Shown here in pieces: positions 20,964 to 30,828 of a DNA stretch of 64,000 nucleotides. This stretch comes from a bacterium UBP8_UBA817 (GTDB lineage Bacteria > Margulisbacteria > Marinamargulisbacteria > SXXA01 > SICP01): positions 19,231-83,230 of the forward strand of contig CAMDGG010000002.1 in the NCBI GenBank assembly GCA_945898045.1, written 5' to 3'. Position 1 is the stretch's first letter; every line of letters starts with the position of its first letter. Both the position numbers and the translations under genes were made by a program. The notes beneath the pieces are model-generated. The model saw only the letters and a program-made list of their open reading frames with translations, did no database searches and had not been told where the DNA came from.

Positions 20964-21584
20964 ATGAAATTAACCATTGCAGACTACGGAGCGGGCAACA
21001 TTAGAAGCGTGCAAAAAGCGATCGAAGCCATTGGCTACACGGTAAATATTTCCTCTTCCCCCAAAGAAATCGCCGAAACAGACCTCCTCATTCTACCGGG
21101 ACAAGGCGCATTCGAAGACGCGATGACCAACCTCAAATCCTGTGGCCTTATCCCCATCATCAAAGACCACATTCAAGCAAAAAAACCCTACCTCGGCATT
21201 TGCTTAGGCCTCCAAATTCTTTTTGAAACCTCCGAAGAAAATGGCATCCACGAAGGGCTAGGAATTTTTAAAGGCAGCGTCAAAAAATTCCAAGATCCCG
21301 CCTTAAAAATCCCCCACATGGGATGGAATACACTCACCATCAAAAAAGATCCCAACAACGTTTTTGATACACTCACATCGCCCATACACGCTTACTTCGT
21401 ACACTCCTATTATATAGAAACCCCAGACACAGACATTATCTCGACAACAACCGATTATGGCATTCCGTTTACATCCAGCATTCAAACCCCACATCTACTC
21501 GCAACACAATTCCACCCCGAAAAAAGCAGCCAGATAGGCCTCACTGTTCTTGCCAACTACCTAGCCTCTCAGCTCAAAAAATAA
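20964..21584 (+). CDS. hisH: Imidazole glycerol phosphate synthase glutamine amidotransferase subunit (HisH-type GATase), standing alone
   Basis: [28 protein letters not shown] and HFHPEKS. Confidence 0.85.
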   Translation: MKLTIADYGAGNIRSVQKAIEAIGYTVNISSSPKEIAETDLLILPGQGAFEDAMTNLKSCGLIPIIKDHIQAKKPYLGICLGLQILFETSEENGIHEGLGIFKGSVKKFQDPALKIPHMGWNTLTIKKDPNNVFDTLTSPIHAYFVHSYYIETPDTDIISTTTDYGIPFTSSIQTPHLLATQFHPEKSSQIGLTVLANYLASQLKK

Positions 21585-21587
21585 ACG

Positions 21588-24227
21588 ATGCAAACCGAAA
21601 TCAAAATCACTGGCGCCAAAGTCCATAACCTCAAAAACGTTTCTTTAACGATTCCAAGAAACGCACTCGTAGTGTTCACGGGCCTTTCTGGATCTGGCAA
21701 ATCTTCTCTTGCATTCGATACAATTTACGCTGAAGGCCAACGTCGTTACATGGAATCTCTCTCAGCATACGCCCGACAGTTTTTACACCAACTCGACAAA
21801 CCCGACGTCGACCATATTGAAGGCCTTTCTCCAGCTATTTCCATCGACCAAAAAGCAGCCTCTCACAACCCTCGGTCTACTGTCGCCACCATCACAGAAA
21901 TCTATGATTACTTCCGGCTGCTATTCGCCAACATCGGCAAACCGCACTGCCCCATCTGTGACGCAGAGATTAAAAGCCAATCCGTACAAGAAATCGTAGA
22001 CCAAATCACACACTGGCCCAAAGACACCCAGATTTTACTCCTCGCCCCCTGCATCAGCGAAAAAAAAGGAACCCACAAAGAACTCCTAGATCAACTCAAC
22101 AAAGACGGCTTCACCCGTGTCCGAATCAACGGAGAAATCAAACGACTTAGCGAACCCATTATCTTGGACAAAAACAATAAACACACGTTAGAAATTGTAG
22201 TAGACCGACTGAGCATCACAGATGAAAACCAAAGTCGTCTCAGTGAATCGATTGAAACCTGTCTGCGCTACACAGAAGGGACTATAAAAGTAGAAAATAC
22301 AGATACCGGCACACAACAACTTTTTTCCGAACACCTCGCCTGCCCCAACGGCCACATGAGTTACGCCGAAATTTCACACCGCCTTTTCTCATTTAATTCT
22401 CCTGTTGGAGCCTGTACAGAATGCAAAGGCCTCGGCGACTCTTTAGACTTCGATGTCGATCTCGTCAGAAAAAATGCGAGCAATCTCAAACGATTTCTCT
22501 TTGTCCGACATATTGGCGACAATTTAGACAGCTTAATCGCCGCACTCAGACGCCGCTACCATCAAACAGAATCCGAAAAAGTCCGCTTATTTTTCAGAAA
22601 TTACATGACCTCCAAACCCTGCGACACCTGCCAAGGCCAACGCTTAAAGCCAGAAGTCCTCGCTATCAGAATCGCCGACAAAAACATCGCGCAACTCACC
22701 CATCTTAGCGTGCGAGACCTCATCCCCTTTTTCCAAACCTTAAAGCTCACCGAAAAAGAACAACAAATATCCAATCAAATACTAAAAGAAATCACCGCCC
22801 GTCTCTCATTTTTAAATAACGTCGGCCTCAACTATCTCACCCTCAGCAGACGCTCAGGCTCCCTCTCAGGCGGAGAATATCAACGCATACGGCTCGCCAC
22901 ACAAATTGGCGCAGGACTCACTGGCGTTTTGTACGTCTTAGATGAACCCAGTATCGGTCTCCATCAACGAGATAATCTACGTCTCATCGAAACCCTCATT
23001 CGACTTCGCGATCTCGGCAACACCCTCATCGTCGTTGAGCACGACGAAGACACCATACAAAAAGCAGACTACGTCGTCGACATCGGCCCTGGCGCCGGAA
23101 AAGCAGGCGGAAACGTGGTCTTTGCAGGCACCGTCCCAGAACTTCTAACCGATCCCAATTCCATCACAGGCGCCTACCTCACTGGTAAAAAGAAAATAGA
23201 CATCCCCAAAAAACGCCGTCCCATCACCCCAGAAAAAGCCATAAAAATCACAGGTGCACGCGAAAATAATCTTAAAAATATCGACGTCACATTCCCGCTC
23301 AGTGTCCTCACCGCCATCACCGGCGTATCAGGTTCCGGAAAAAGCACCCTCATTCACGACATCCTCCACAAAAGCATCATGCGCCATTTCCATAACAGCA
23401 AAGAACGCCCCGGACTTCACGACGACATCCAAGGCCTAGACCATATCGACAAACTCATCACCATCGACCAATCTCCCATCGGACGCACCCCCCGATCCAA
23501 TCCCGTCACCTACACGGACGCTTTCACGCCCATCCGGGACTTATTCGCCCAAACCAACGAAGCCAAAATACGAGGCTTCAAACCAGGCCGATTTAGCTTC
23601 AACGTCAAAGGAGGCCGCTGCGAAGCCTGCGAAGGCGATGGCCTCATCAAAATCGAAATGCACTTCTTATCCGACGTCTACGTCACCTGCGACATCTGCA
23701 AAGGCAAACGCTACAACCCCGAAACCCTCACCGTCAAATTCAAAGGCCACACCATTGCAGACGTCCTCAACATGACCGTCACAGAAGCCCTAGACCTCTT
23801 CACCAACATCCCGCAAATTAAAAACAAACTCAAAACCATACAAGAAGTAGGCCTCGGCTACATCCAACTCGGCCAAAATGCCACCACCCTCTCCGGCGGC
23901 GAAGCCCAACGCATCAAACTCGCCAAAGAACTCAGCAAACGCAGCACCGGAAAAACCCTCTACCTCCTAGACGAACCCACCACCGGCCTCCACTTCGAAG
24001 ACATCCGCAAACTGCTCGAAGTCCTCAACAAACTCGTCGACACCGGCAACACCATCATCGTCATCGAACACAACCTAGACGTCATCAAAACAGCAGACCA
24101 CATCATTGACCTAGGCCCAGACGGCGGCGACGCAGGCGGCCAACTCATCGCCCAAGGCACCCCCGAACAAATCGCCAAAGTAAAAACATCTTACACAGGA
24201 CAATTTCTTAAAAATTCCCTCAAATAA
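21588..24227 (+). CDS. uvrA: Excinuclease ABC subunit A
   Basis: Two ABC modules ([10 protein letters not shown] and [10 protein letters not shown]), LSGGE signature motifs, zinc-finger cysteines. Confidence 0.95.
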   Translation: MQTEIKITGAKVHNLKNVSLTIPRNALVVFTGLSGSGKSSLAFDTIYAEGQRRYMESLSAYARQFLHQLDKPDVDHIEGLSPAISIDQKAASHNPRSTVATITEIYDYFRLLFANIGKPHCPICDAEIKSQSVQEIVDQITHWPKDTQILLLAPCISEKKGTHKELLDQLNKDGFTRVRINGEIKRLSEPIILDKNNKHTLEIVVDRLSITDENQSRLSESIETCLRYTEGTIKVENTDTGTQQLFSEHLACPNGHMSYAEISHRLFSFNSPVGACTECKGLGDSLDFDVDLVRKNASNLKRFLFVRHIGDNLDSLIAALRRRYHQTESEKVRLFFRNYMTSKPCDTCQGQRLKPEVLAIRIADKNIAQLTHLSVRDLIPFFQTLKLTEKEQQISNQILKEITARLSFLNNVGLNYLTLSRRSGSLSGGEYQRIRLATQIGAGLTGVLYVLDEPSIGLHQRDNLRLIETLIRLRDLGNTLIVVEHDEDTIQKADYVVDIGPGAGKAGGNVVFAGTVPELLTDPNSITGAYLTGKKKIDIPKKRRPITPEKAIKITGARENNLKNIDVTFPLSVLTAITGVSGSGKSTLIHDILHKSIMRHFHNSKERPGLHDDIQGLDHIDKLITIDQSPIGRTPRSNPVTYTDAFTPIRDLFAQTNEAKIRGFKPGRFSFNVKGGRCEACEGDGLIKIEMHFLSDVYVTCDICKGKRYNPETLTVKFKGHTIADVLNMTVTEALDLFTNIPQIKNKLKTIQEVGLGYIQLGQNATTLSGGEAQRIKLAKELSKRSTGKTLYLLDEPTTGLHFEDIRKLLEVLNKLVDTGNTIIVIEHNLDVIKTADHIIDLGPDGGDAGGQLIAQGTPEQIAKVKTSYTGQFLKNSLK

Positions 24228-24253
24228 AAAGTGTCAACCTCAAATAAAAAGTT

Positions 24254-24287
24254 GACCATTTTTTCGAGTGTCGATAAAATAGTCGAA
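24254..24287. repeat. Left copy of a ~34 bp imperfect direct repeat (GACCATTTTTTCGAGTGTCGATAAAATAGTCGAA) flanking the COG1373 ATPase gene
   Basis: The right copy at 25544-25577 shares about 30 of 34 positions, with an identical core GTCGATAAAATAGTCGAA. Confidence 0.7.
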
Positions 24288-24289
24288 TA

Positions 24290-25528
24290 ATGAAACAGCA
24301 AAAAAGATATTTAGAAGACGTCATAAAATCACTTTGCTTCAACACTAAAAATCCAAAAATGGCCTTTATTGCTGGGCCTCGACAAGCAGGAAAGACAACG
24401 TGTGCAAAACATCTTTTAGCAGAAAGAAAAAATAGCTACTACCACAATTGGGACGACAAAACCGTCCGAAAAATTTGGGCCAAAGATCCTAAAGAACTAC
24501 TAACCAAAAAAAAGGCGCCTAAACCGCTCATTATTTTTGACGAAATACATAAAGCCAAAGGCTGGAAAAGAACCCTAAAAGGACTCTACGACACCCTCAC
24601 GTTTCCACAAGATATTGTGGTAACAGGCAGCACAAAACTCAACACATACCGCAAAAGTTCCGACAGCCTAATGGGCCGCTATTATTACTTCCGACTACAT
24701 CCATTTTCACTCAGTGAATTAACAAACCTCAACCATATATTACTCCCTGAACAACTCACAAAAAAACTTTTGCAAACCCAAGCCATTCCATCTACACCAA
24801 AAGAAATAAAAACGCTTGAAGACCTCATGACTTTTGGCCCATTCCCAGAACCGTATCTAGCAAAATCCAAACAAATTTTGCAACTGTGGCAAATGGGCCG
24901 AGTCGACAAGGTCGTCAATGAAGAACTGCGAGATCTAAGTAAACTCCCCGAACTTAATCAAATCAGCCTGCTCGTAAGCTTGCTACCAGAACGTGTCGGA
25001 AATCCAATCAGCATCACAACACTCAGACAGGATCTAGAGGTAGCGTATACCACTATCAAACGATGGCTCACTTATCTTGAAGCCCTTTATTACCATTACG
25101 AAATCAAACCCTATACACACAAAATAAATCGAAGCCTTAAAAAAGAAGGCAAACTCTATCTTTGGGACTGGAGTGAGGTTGAAAATGAAGGCAGTCGATT
25201 TGAAAATTTGATCGCATCCCATCTATTTAAATATTGTGATTACCTCGTTGATACTGGCCAATCCAGAGCAGAGCTAAGATACGTAAAAACCAAAGAAAAA
25301 AAAGAACTCGATTTCGTCGTCCTCAATCACAAAAAACCCTTTCTCGCCATCGAGGTTAAATTACACGATGAAAGCCCCTCTTCAAACTGGAAAACATTAC
25401 TTCCAAAATTAAATCTTGACTTCGGAATACAAGTCGTCAAAACACCCCATATTTACCAAAGACATATATTCCCATGGGGAACCATTTATGTAATGAGTGC
25501 TGAAAAACTACTCAAGTTTCTTGCCTAA
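24290..25528 (+). CDS. COG1373-type AAA+ ATPase (AAA_14 plus a DUF4143 PD-(D/E)xK-like C-terminal domain)
   Basis: Walker A AGPRQAGKTT and Walker B LIIFDEIH. The overall architecture is shared with the paralog at 41524-42687. Confidence 0.7.
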   Translation: MKQQKRYLEDVIKSLCFNTKNPKMAFIAGPRQAGKTTCAKHLLAERKNSYYHNWDDKTVRKIWAKDPKELLTKKKAPKPLIIFDEIHKAKGWKRTLKGLYDTLTFPQDIVVTGSTKLNTYRKSSDSLMGRYYYFRLHPFSLSELTNLNHILLPEQLTKKLLQTQAIPSTPKEIKTLEDLMTFGPFPEPYLAKSKQILQLWQMGRVDKVVNEELRDLSKLPELNQISLLVSLLPERVGNPISITTLRQDLEVAYTTIKRWLTYLEALYYHYEIKPYTHKINRSLKKEGKLYLWDWSEVENEGSRFENLIASHLFKYCDYLVDTGQSRAELRYVKTKEKKELDFVVLNHKKPFLAIEVKLHDESPSSNWKTLLPKLNLDFGIQVVKTPHIYQRHIFPWGTIYVMSAEKLLKFLA

Positions 25529-25543
25529 GCCCTTCAAAATTCC

Positions 25544-25577
25544 GACCATATTTTCGTCAGTCGATAAAATAGTCGAA
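25544..25577. repeat. Right copy of the direct repeat flanking the COG1373 ATPase gene, sitting in the dnaB upstream region
   Basis: See the left copy. Confidence 0.7.
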
Positions 25578-25628
25578 AAACAACCCGCTTTCACCAAAGC
25601 AAAGAATCCATTACAATAACCAGTTCAA

Positions 25629-26990
25629 ATGCAAGATAAAATACCACCGCAGGATCTCGACGCCGAACAAGCTGTTCTAGGCGCCATGATGATTTCGAAA
25701 GATGCTACAGCAATTGTTGTTGGCAAACTACGCACCGATCATTTTTATCGTCCGGCGCATGTCCATATCTTCCAAGCACTTTTAGATCTCTATCGCAAAA
25801 ACGAACCTGTTGATCTTGTTACTGTTGCAAGTGAGCTCAAAAAACAAAACAAACTAGAAGATGCTGGCGGAAGAACCTATCTGGCCGAAATCATCAACTC
25901 CGTACCAACAGCGGCCAACGCCGAACGCTATAGCCAAATCGTTCTCGAAAAAGCCATGGCCCGAAAACTTATCGATGCCGGCTCCACCATGATCAGCGAT
26001 GCCTTTGATGACGGACAAGAAATTGACGGCGCCCTCGAAGCAGCCCAACGCGCGCTCATCGATATTTCCAAAGACCACGTCCAAGACCAATTCGTCAAAA
26101 TAGACAGTGTACTCAAAACCGTTTTCGACGACATACAAAGCATCTACGACAGCAAAGGCGAAAAATTATTGGGTGTTCCTAGTGGCTTCAAAGACTACGA
26201 CACCATCACCTCAGGATTTCAAAAATCCGATCTTATTATCCTCGCCGCCAGACCCGCCATGGGAAAAACAACTTTGGCCCTCAACTTCGCTACAAATGCC
26301 GCGATTTTACACAAAATACCCGTTGCCATTTTCAGCCTGGAAATGCCCAAAGAACAACTCGCGCTTCGTCTACTTTCATCAGAATCCAAACTAGATTCTA
26401 AACGCCTCCGAACCGCCAACCTCCACGAACATGAATATAAAAATCTCATGCACGGACTCGGCACACTCTCAGAAGCACCTATTTATATTGACGACTCCCC
26501 CGGAATATCCCCGTTAGATTTACGTGCTAAAACCCGACGTCTTCAAATGGAAGCAGATATCCAACTGATTATCATCGATTACTTACAACTCATGCGCGGC
26601 GGTAAAAAACGCATCGAAAACCGCTTCCAAGAAGTCTCCGAAATCGTCCGAGAAGTCAAAGCATTCGCCAAAGAATCCAAGATTCCCATCATCGCCCTCT
26701 CCCAGCTCAGTCGTGCCGTCGAACAACGCACCGACAAACGCCCCATGCTAAGTGACCTTAGAGAATCTGGAGAAATCGAGCAAACCGCTGACCTCGTACT
26801 CTTTATCAATAGAAATGACTATTACGAACAAAATGAAACCGCTCCCAACCAAGCCAGCATCACCGATCTTATTATTGCAAAACACAGAAACGGCCCAACA
26901 GGGGACGTAAAACTCATGTTCAGAAAAGATATTTCCAAATTTATATCCGCAGATAAGCAACCTCCGCCAAGCCCCAAAAACGAGTTCTAA
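25629..26990 (+). CDS. dnaB: Replicative DNA helicase
   Basis: GFKDYD, ARPAMGKT, FSLEMPKEQL and IIIDYLQLM. Confidence 0.95.
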   Translation: MQDKIPPQDLDAEQAVLGAMMISKDATAIVVGKLRTDHFYRPAHVHIFQALLDLYRKNEPVDLVTVASELKKQNKLEDAGGRTYLAEIINSVPTAANAERYSQIVLEKAMARKLIDAGSTMISDAFDDGQEIDGALEAAQRALIDISKDHVQDQFVKIDSVLKTVFDDIQSIYDSKGEKLLGVPSGFKDYDTITSGFQKSDLIILAARPAMGKTTLALNFATNAAILHKIPVAIFSLEMPKEQLALRLLSSESKLDSKRLRTANLHEHEYKNLMHGLGTLSEAPIYIDDSPGISPLDLRAKTRRLQMEADIQLIIIDYLQLMRGGKKRIENRFQEVSEIVREVKAFAKESKIPIIALSQLSRAVEQRTDKRPMLSDLRESGEIEQTADLVLFINRNDYYEQNETAPNQASITDLIIAKHRNGPTGDVKLMFRKDISKFISADKQPPPSPKNEF

Positions 26991-26993
26991 CCA

Positions 26994-28505
26994 ATGCGCA
27001 AGATCTGTCATCTATGCTTACTTATTTGCCTCGTCACACGCCTCCAGACCCACGCTATCGACAAACCTCAAATAACTCTAGAGGGGAATATTATAGACTA
27101 CGATCACGTCTCCAAAAATATTCTAGCGTCGGGCAATATTGTCCTTACCTATAAAAACTACACCATTCATGCAGAAAATTTAGACTATCGCATGCTCGAA
27201 AAAACAATAAAATTCCCAGGAATCTCCACCGTCAACAGAGGGAATACAGAACTTAAAACAGAAAATTTTAACTACAACTTCAAAACCTACACAGGGCAAG
27301 CCGAAAACATTGACGGCCACGTCAGTAAACTCAACATCAGGGGTAAAAAAGCAATTTTCACACCAGAAAATATTCAGCTCCTCAACACCACTGTCAGCAC
27401 ATGTGGGTGTAATGCCACACCCAGATACGATCTAACTGCGCATCGCTTATATATCTACCCGCAAATCGGACTTTTCGCAGCCTTTGATAACTGGTTAACA
27501 ACCACCATCCTTCCTTTCCCACTTTGGATCCCAACCTACGTCTACGGATCAAGCCAAGCATCCTTAGTCGCCATTCCCAATATCGGCAGCAATAGACAAG
27601 AAGGCCTCTATATCAAAGAGCAATTTGGATATTTCATTAATCCGCTCTCCAACGGCAGCACAGGCATTGGCGCCTCCCAAAAACTAGGTTTTCATATTGG
27701 CGTAAACCACAACCAAACTCTAGATGCAGAAAATAGCTTCACAACAAGCCTTCAATATACCCAAGGAAATAATTTTGATGGCAGACTCACCTATCGCCGA
27801 AATTTCCTCAAAACCAAAACCGTCATTCCCACAGAAAATGAAGACTTTTTAAACAATTTCACACAAAACACATTGAGTTCATCAGGCCATTTCACCGCAC
27901 AAGCCACTTTCAAAGAAATCATCGCCAATTCCTTCGTCACTAAAGCACCTTACTTCAGTTTAGAAATCGACAAATTCAAACTCCATAAGTCTAATATAAA
28001 TTTTTTCTACAGTATCCATGCAGGTCATATCCGAGAAATGACCCTCACAAGAAATATCATAGAAGACGCACAATACAACATCAATTTTGGCTTCAGCCAT
28101 ATACAAAACCTTTCTACAGACTGGACATTCGCAAAAACACTCGACTACTACGGCTATTGGTATAATCAATATAAACCCTGGCAGCGATTCGCCTCCGAAT
28201 TCAAGCTAAGCAATCAAAATCTGTTTCTAAACCCTGTCTTGATTTACCGAAAACTTCTTGCCGGACAAGGAGAAAGCCCCTTCAGTTTTCAAGGCAATTT
28301 CCAATTCTTAAGCGATGAATTGGGATTCAACCTTTCTCATAGAATAGGCTTCACCGAATTCAGCATACACGAAGATTACGTCCTCAAAACCAAGCGCCCC
28401 CGCACATTAGACTACACCGTCCTATTTCACCTAAACTGCTTCAAACTCTCCCTAAGCTGGAGATCCGTCCTAGAACAAGCACAGCTAGGTGTCGAACTCC
28501 TCTAA
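26994..28505 (+). CDS. LptD/OstA-like outer membrane protein (short form)
   Basis: Signal peptide. OstA-N-like region NIIDYDHVSKNILASGNIVLTYKNYTIHAENLDY. Beta-rich C-terminus. Confidence 0.5.
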   Translation: MRKICHLCLLICLVTRLQTHAIDKPQITLEGNIIDYDHVSKNILASGNIVLTYKNYTIHAENLDYRMLEKTIKFPGISTVNRGNTELKTENFNYNFKTYTGQAENIDGHVSKLNIRGKKAIFTPENIQLLNTTVSTCGCNATPRYDLTAHRLYIYPQIGLFAAFDNWLTTTILPFPLWIPTYVYGSSQASLVAIPNIGSNRQEGLYIKEQFGYFINPLSNGSTGIGASQKLGFHIGVNHNQTLDAENSFTTSLQYTQGNNFDGRLTYRRNFLKTKTVIPTENEDFLNNFTQNTLSSSGHFTAQATFKEIIANSFVTKAPYFSLEIDKFKLHKSNINFFYSIHAGHIREMTLTRNIIEDAQYNINFGFSHIQNLSTDWTFAKTLDYYGYWYNQYKPWQRFASEFKLSNQNLFLNPVLIYRKLLAGQGESPFSFQGNFQFLSDELGFNLSHRIGFTEFSIHEDYVLKTKRPRTLDYTVLFHLNCFKLSLSWRSVLEQAQLGVELL

Positions 28506-28548
28506 ATTTTGACTTATTAAAAAAAAAGACTACAATGAATCTCCCTCG

Positions 28549-28953
28549 TGGGGGTGTATTTGGCTTCGACGGGATAGATCTAAGATATGAGACGCGAGCC
28601 GAGGAGATGCCAGGCCTCGTAAAAAGGCATAAAAAAAATAGTTAACACAACTAAATTAGGTAAAACTCTAGCTTTTGATTTCGCACCAGCGAGGTTGGCA
28701 GCCTAGAAACCAAGCCACAGCCGCTTAATTAAGCAGCTGCGCCGTCCTCAAAGTCGTTGACGCTTTGAAAGACGCAACCAGTCAACTAGCCACTAGGTTT
28801 TGATCTCGGCCTAAGTAGCGAAATCAAGAAATCTCGCGATTAAACGCCTCGTTTTCAAGACGCTTAATCGTTAAATCAACTGAAAACTACGCTCGTAGTT
28901 GCCTCTTATCAAAGCTATTTCGGACACCGGTTCGATTCCGGTCACCTCCACCA
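28549..28953 (+). ncRNA. ssrA: tmRNA (SsrA)
   Basis: 5' end GGGGGTGTATTTGGCTTCGACGGG. 3' tRNA-like end GGACACCGGTTCGATTCCGGTCACCTCCACCA with a G3:U70 wobble pair in the acceptor stem. Internal tag reading frame GCT TTT GAT TTC GCA CCA GCG AGG TTG GCA GCC TAG, which would encode AFDFAPARLAA*. Confidence 0.9.
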
Positions 28954-28962
28954 TAATCCAAA

Positions 28963-29814
28963 CTAGCCCAAGATATTTTCTTGTTGATTTTGCAATTTCA
29001 AAATAGCTTTCGCATTTAATGCCGTAACCACTTTTTTACCGGTCTTAGCCTCCAATTCCTTCCGGGCCACCTTCGCAACATTTCCACCTTGTTTCGCCAC
29101 GATTTTACTCTCTTCAAAATCCTTTGGATTGACTACCGCCGAAATATCTTTGGTGGATGCTTCTGCAAGCATATTTAAAATCAGTTCGGTGTTCGTCATG
29201 TTATCCCGGAGATTTTCCTTCTTCAAACCTTTCAGTGCCCTATAGTCTTTAGTAGTTTTATCGGCCCATGCTTTGGTTATAATATCGGTGAGCGTTGCAA
29301 ACTGAACACCCTCCTTCAGACCTCGTTTTTTCCATTCATTTGTAAGTTCTTTACGTATCTCAATACTTTTCAGCCGTTGATTAATCCAGCTTTCAGAATA
29401 CCCCAATTGCAAATACTGCTCTAAAGCACGATCGATACTCAGTTCTGGATCTTGCATCTCATCTAGTCTTTCAGACGCTACTTGTGCAAGCCATAGTTTA
29501 AAGGGCTCAGCTTTGGGCGATGGGATAGATTGTATAAGGCGGAAAAGTTGTTCTGTGTCGGCAACATCGGTCATCCGCATTTTGCCATCAGGGGCCTTCA
29601 TTTTCAAACCGTTACAATTTGTAACGGTTTCATTCCCCTCATCCTTTAATCGCTTTTTTAACACCCGCCAATACACCTGAGGATTTGGGCTTTCTGTTAA
29701 TACGAAAATCACATCCACAACGGACAAATACCATTTTTCCTGATCAGCATCCCATAGCGTTCTTACTTTTTTGTCTTCAAATATTTTTATATCGTTTTCT
29801 TTTTTCATATTCAA
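28963..29814 (-). CDS. DinD-like (DNA-damage-inducible protein D family) protein with an N-terminal Bro-N-type domain
   Basis: IKIFEDKKVRTLWDADQEKWYLSVVDVIFVLT (Bro-N-like). KGLKKENLRDNMTNTELILNMLAEAST parallels E. coli DinD RKGLKKNQKILDHMGSTELAANLF. Size 283 aa versus 274 aa for DinD. Confidence 0.7.
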   Translation of the reverse strand: MNMKKENDIKIFEDKKVRTLWDADQEKWYLSVVDVIFVLTESPNPQVYWRVLKKRLKDEGNETVTNCNGLKMKAPDGKMRMTDVADTEQLFRLIQSIPSPKAEPFKLWLAQVASERLDEMQDPELSIDRALEQYLQLGYSESWINQRLKSIEIRKELTNEWKKRGLKEGVQFATLTDIITKAWADKTTKDYRALKGLKKENLRDNMTNTELILNMLAEASTKDISAVVNPKDFEESKIVAKQGGNVAKVARKELEAKTGKKVVTALNAKAILKLQNQQENILG

Positions 29815-30828
29815 TTACAAATTCCTTAACAGTTCATCAAAATCACTACTACTATTTTGAATTTGCTCCAAATGAAATAAATCATATTCTTTCTCCGCCA
29901 ACGCAATAGCTACATCATGAGAAACCTTTCCGCTATCTTGTAATATATCCTGCTCATTAAATTTCAAAAAAGAATCCATCTTTTCTGCCCAATCATTCAT
30001 CGTCATCACCTGACGATTTTGAGCCTGAAATTCTGCAAAATCCAGATACATCGTCACAATGCGATTAAGCTGATCTAATTCACTAGCCGTCAAATAATTT
30101 TTAGCGATGCCCACATCCGCTTTTCGTATCATACCCTTCGGCGAATTTTTCCAATTCGTGAGCCCCATATTTTCTTTTTCACGATCTACACGATCATAAA
30201 TTAGCTCAGCAGCCGTTTGCCCCGTAATAGCAAAATGCAATTTATTTTGAACCGTCGCAAAAAACTGCTGCGTTATTTCATGGTTCGGGTCATAGTCGGA
30301 ACTACACTTGGCATAAATATCCGTAATCTTCTGATAAAACCGCCGTTCACTAGACCGAACATCACGTATTCTCGCCAACTGCTCGTCAAAATAGTCTTTT
30401 CCAAAAGGTTGATTAGGATTTTTAAGGCGCTCATCATCCATCGTAAATCCTTTGATAATATATTCCTTGAGCCGCTCCGTTGCCCATATACGAAACAAAG
30501 TAGCATTCCGAGAATTTACCCGATACCCAACCGAAATAATGGCATCGAGATTGTAGCATTCTATTTGCCTAGTAACAGTTCTCAAGCCCTCTTGTTGAAC
30601 TTGTGCAAAATTTGCACAAGTTGAATCCCTAGCCAATTCTTCGGCTAAATAAATATTTTTTAGATGCTTGGTCACCACACTTCTGTCTACAGCAAACAAA
30701 GTTGCAATCTGAGACTGAGTTAGCCATAAAGTTTCATTATAAAGATGAATTTCTACATTCACCTTTCCATTCGGAGTTGTATAAAATAAAAAATTTTTGA
30801 TCACACCATAAGAACTAATATTTGTCAT
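29815..30828 (-). CDS. RhuM-family protein (virulence protein RhuM / PF13310-like)
   Basis: YNLDAIISVGYRVNS...FRIWATERLKEYIIKGFTMDDERLK is the hallmark RhuM block. 337 aa, as in Salmonella RhuM. Confidence 0.75.
   Translation of the reverse strand: MTNISSYGVIKNFLFYTTPNGKVNVEIHLYNETLWLTQSQIATLFAVDRSVVTKHLKNIYLAEELARDSTCANFAQVQQEGLRTVTRQIECYNLDAIISVGYRVNSRNATLFRIWATERLKEYIIKGFTMDDERLKNPNQPFGKDYFDEQLARIRDVRSSERRFYQKITDIYAKCSSDYDPNHEITQQFFATVQNKLHFAITGQTAAELIYDRVDREKENMGLTNWKNSPKGMIRKADVGIAKNYLTASELDQLNRIVTMYLDFAEFQAQNRQVMTMNDWAEKMDSFLKFNEQDILQDSGKVSHDVAIALAEKEYDLFHLEQIQNSSSDFDELLRNL

Noticed and set aside
22421-23439. Several 60-95 aa ORFs in alternative frames within uvrA (22421-22708, 22942-23148, 23254-23439)
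   Set aside because: They overlap a high-confidence uvrA CDS on the same strand and have biased S/T/P/R composition. Not genes.
24222-24262. Possible uvrA terminator hairpin GTCAAC-CTCAAATAAAAA-GTTGAC followed by CATTTTTT
   Set aside because: The stem is only 6 bp with a 12-nt loop, so it is weak. It may contribute to termination but is not strong enough to report as a feature.
28963-29814. Considered calling the Bro-N/DinD-like gene evidence of a prophage
   Set aside because: No capsid, terminase, portal or tail genes are nearby. Bro-N and DinD-like domains also occur in defence islands and in stand-alone stress-induced genes.
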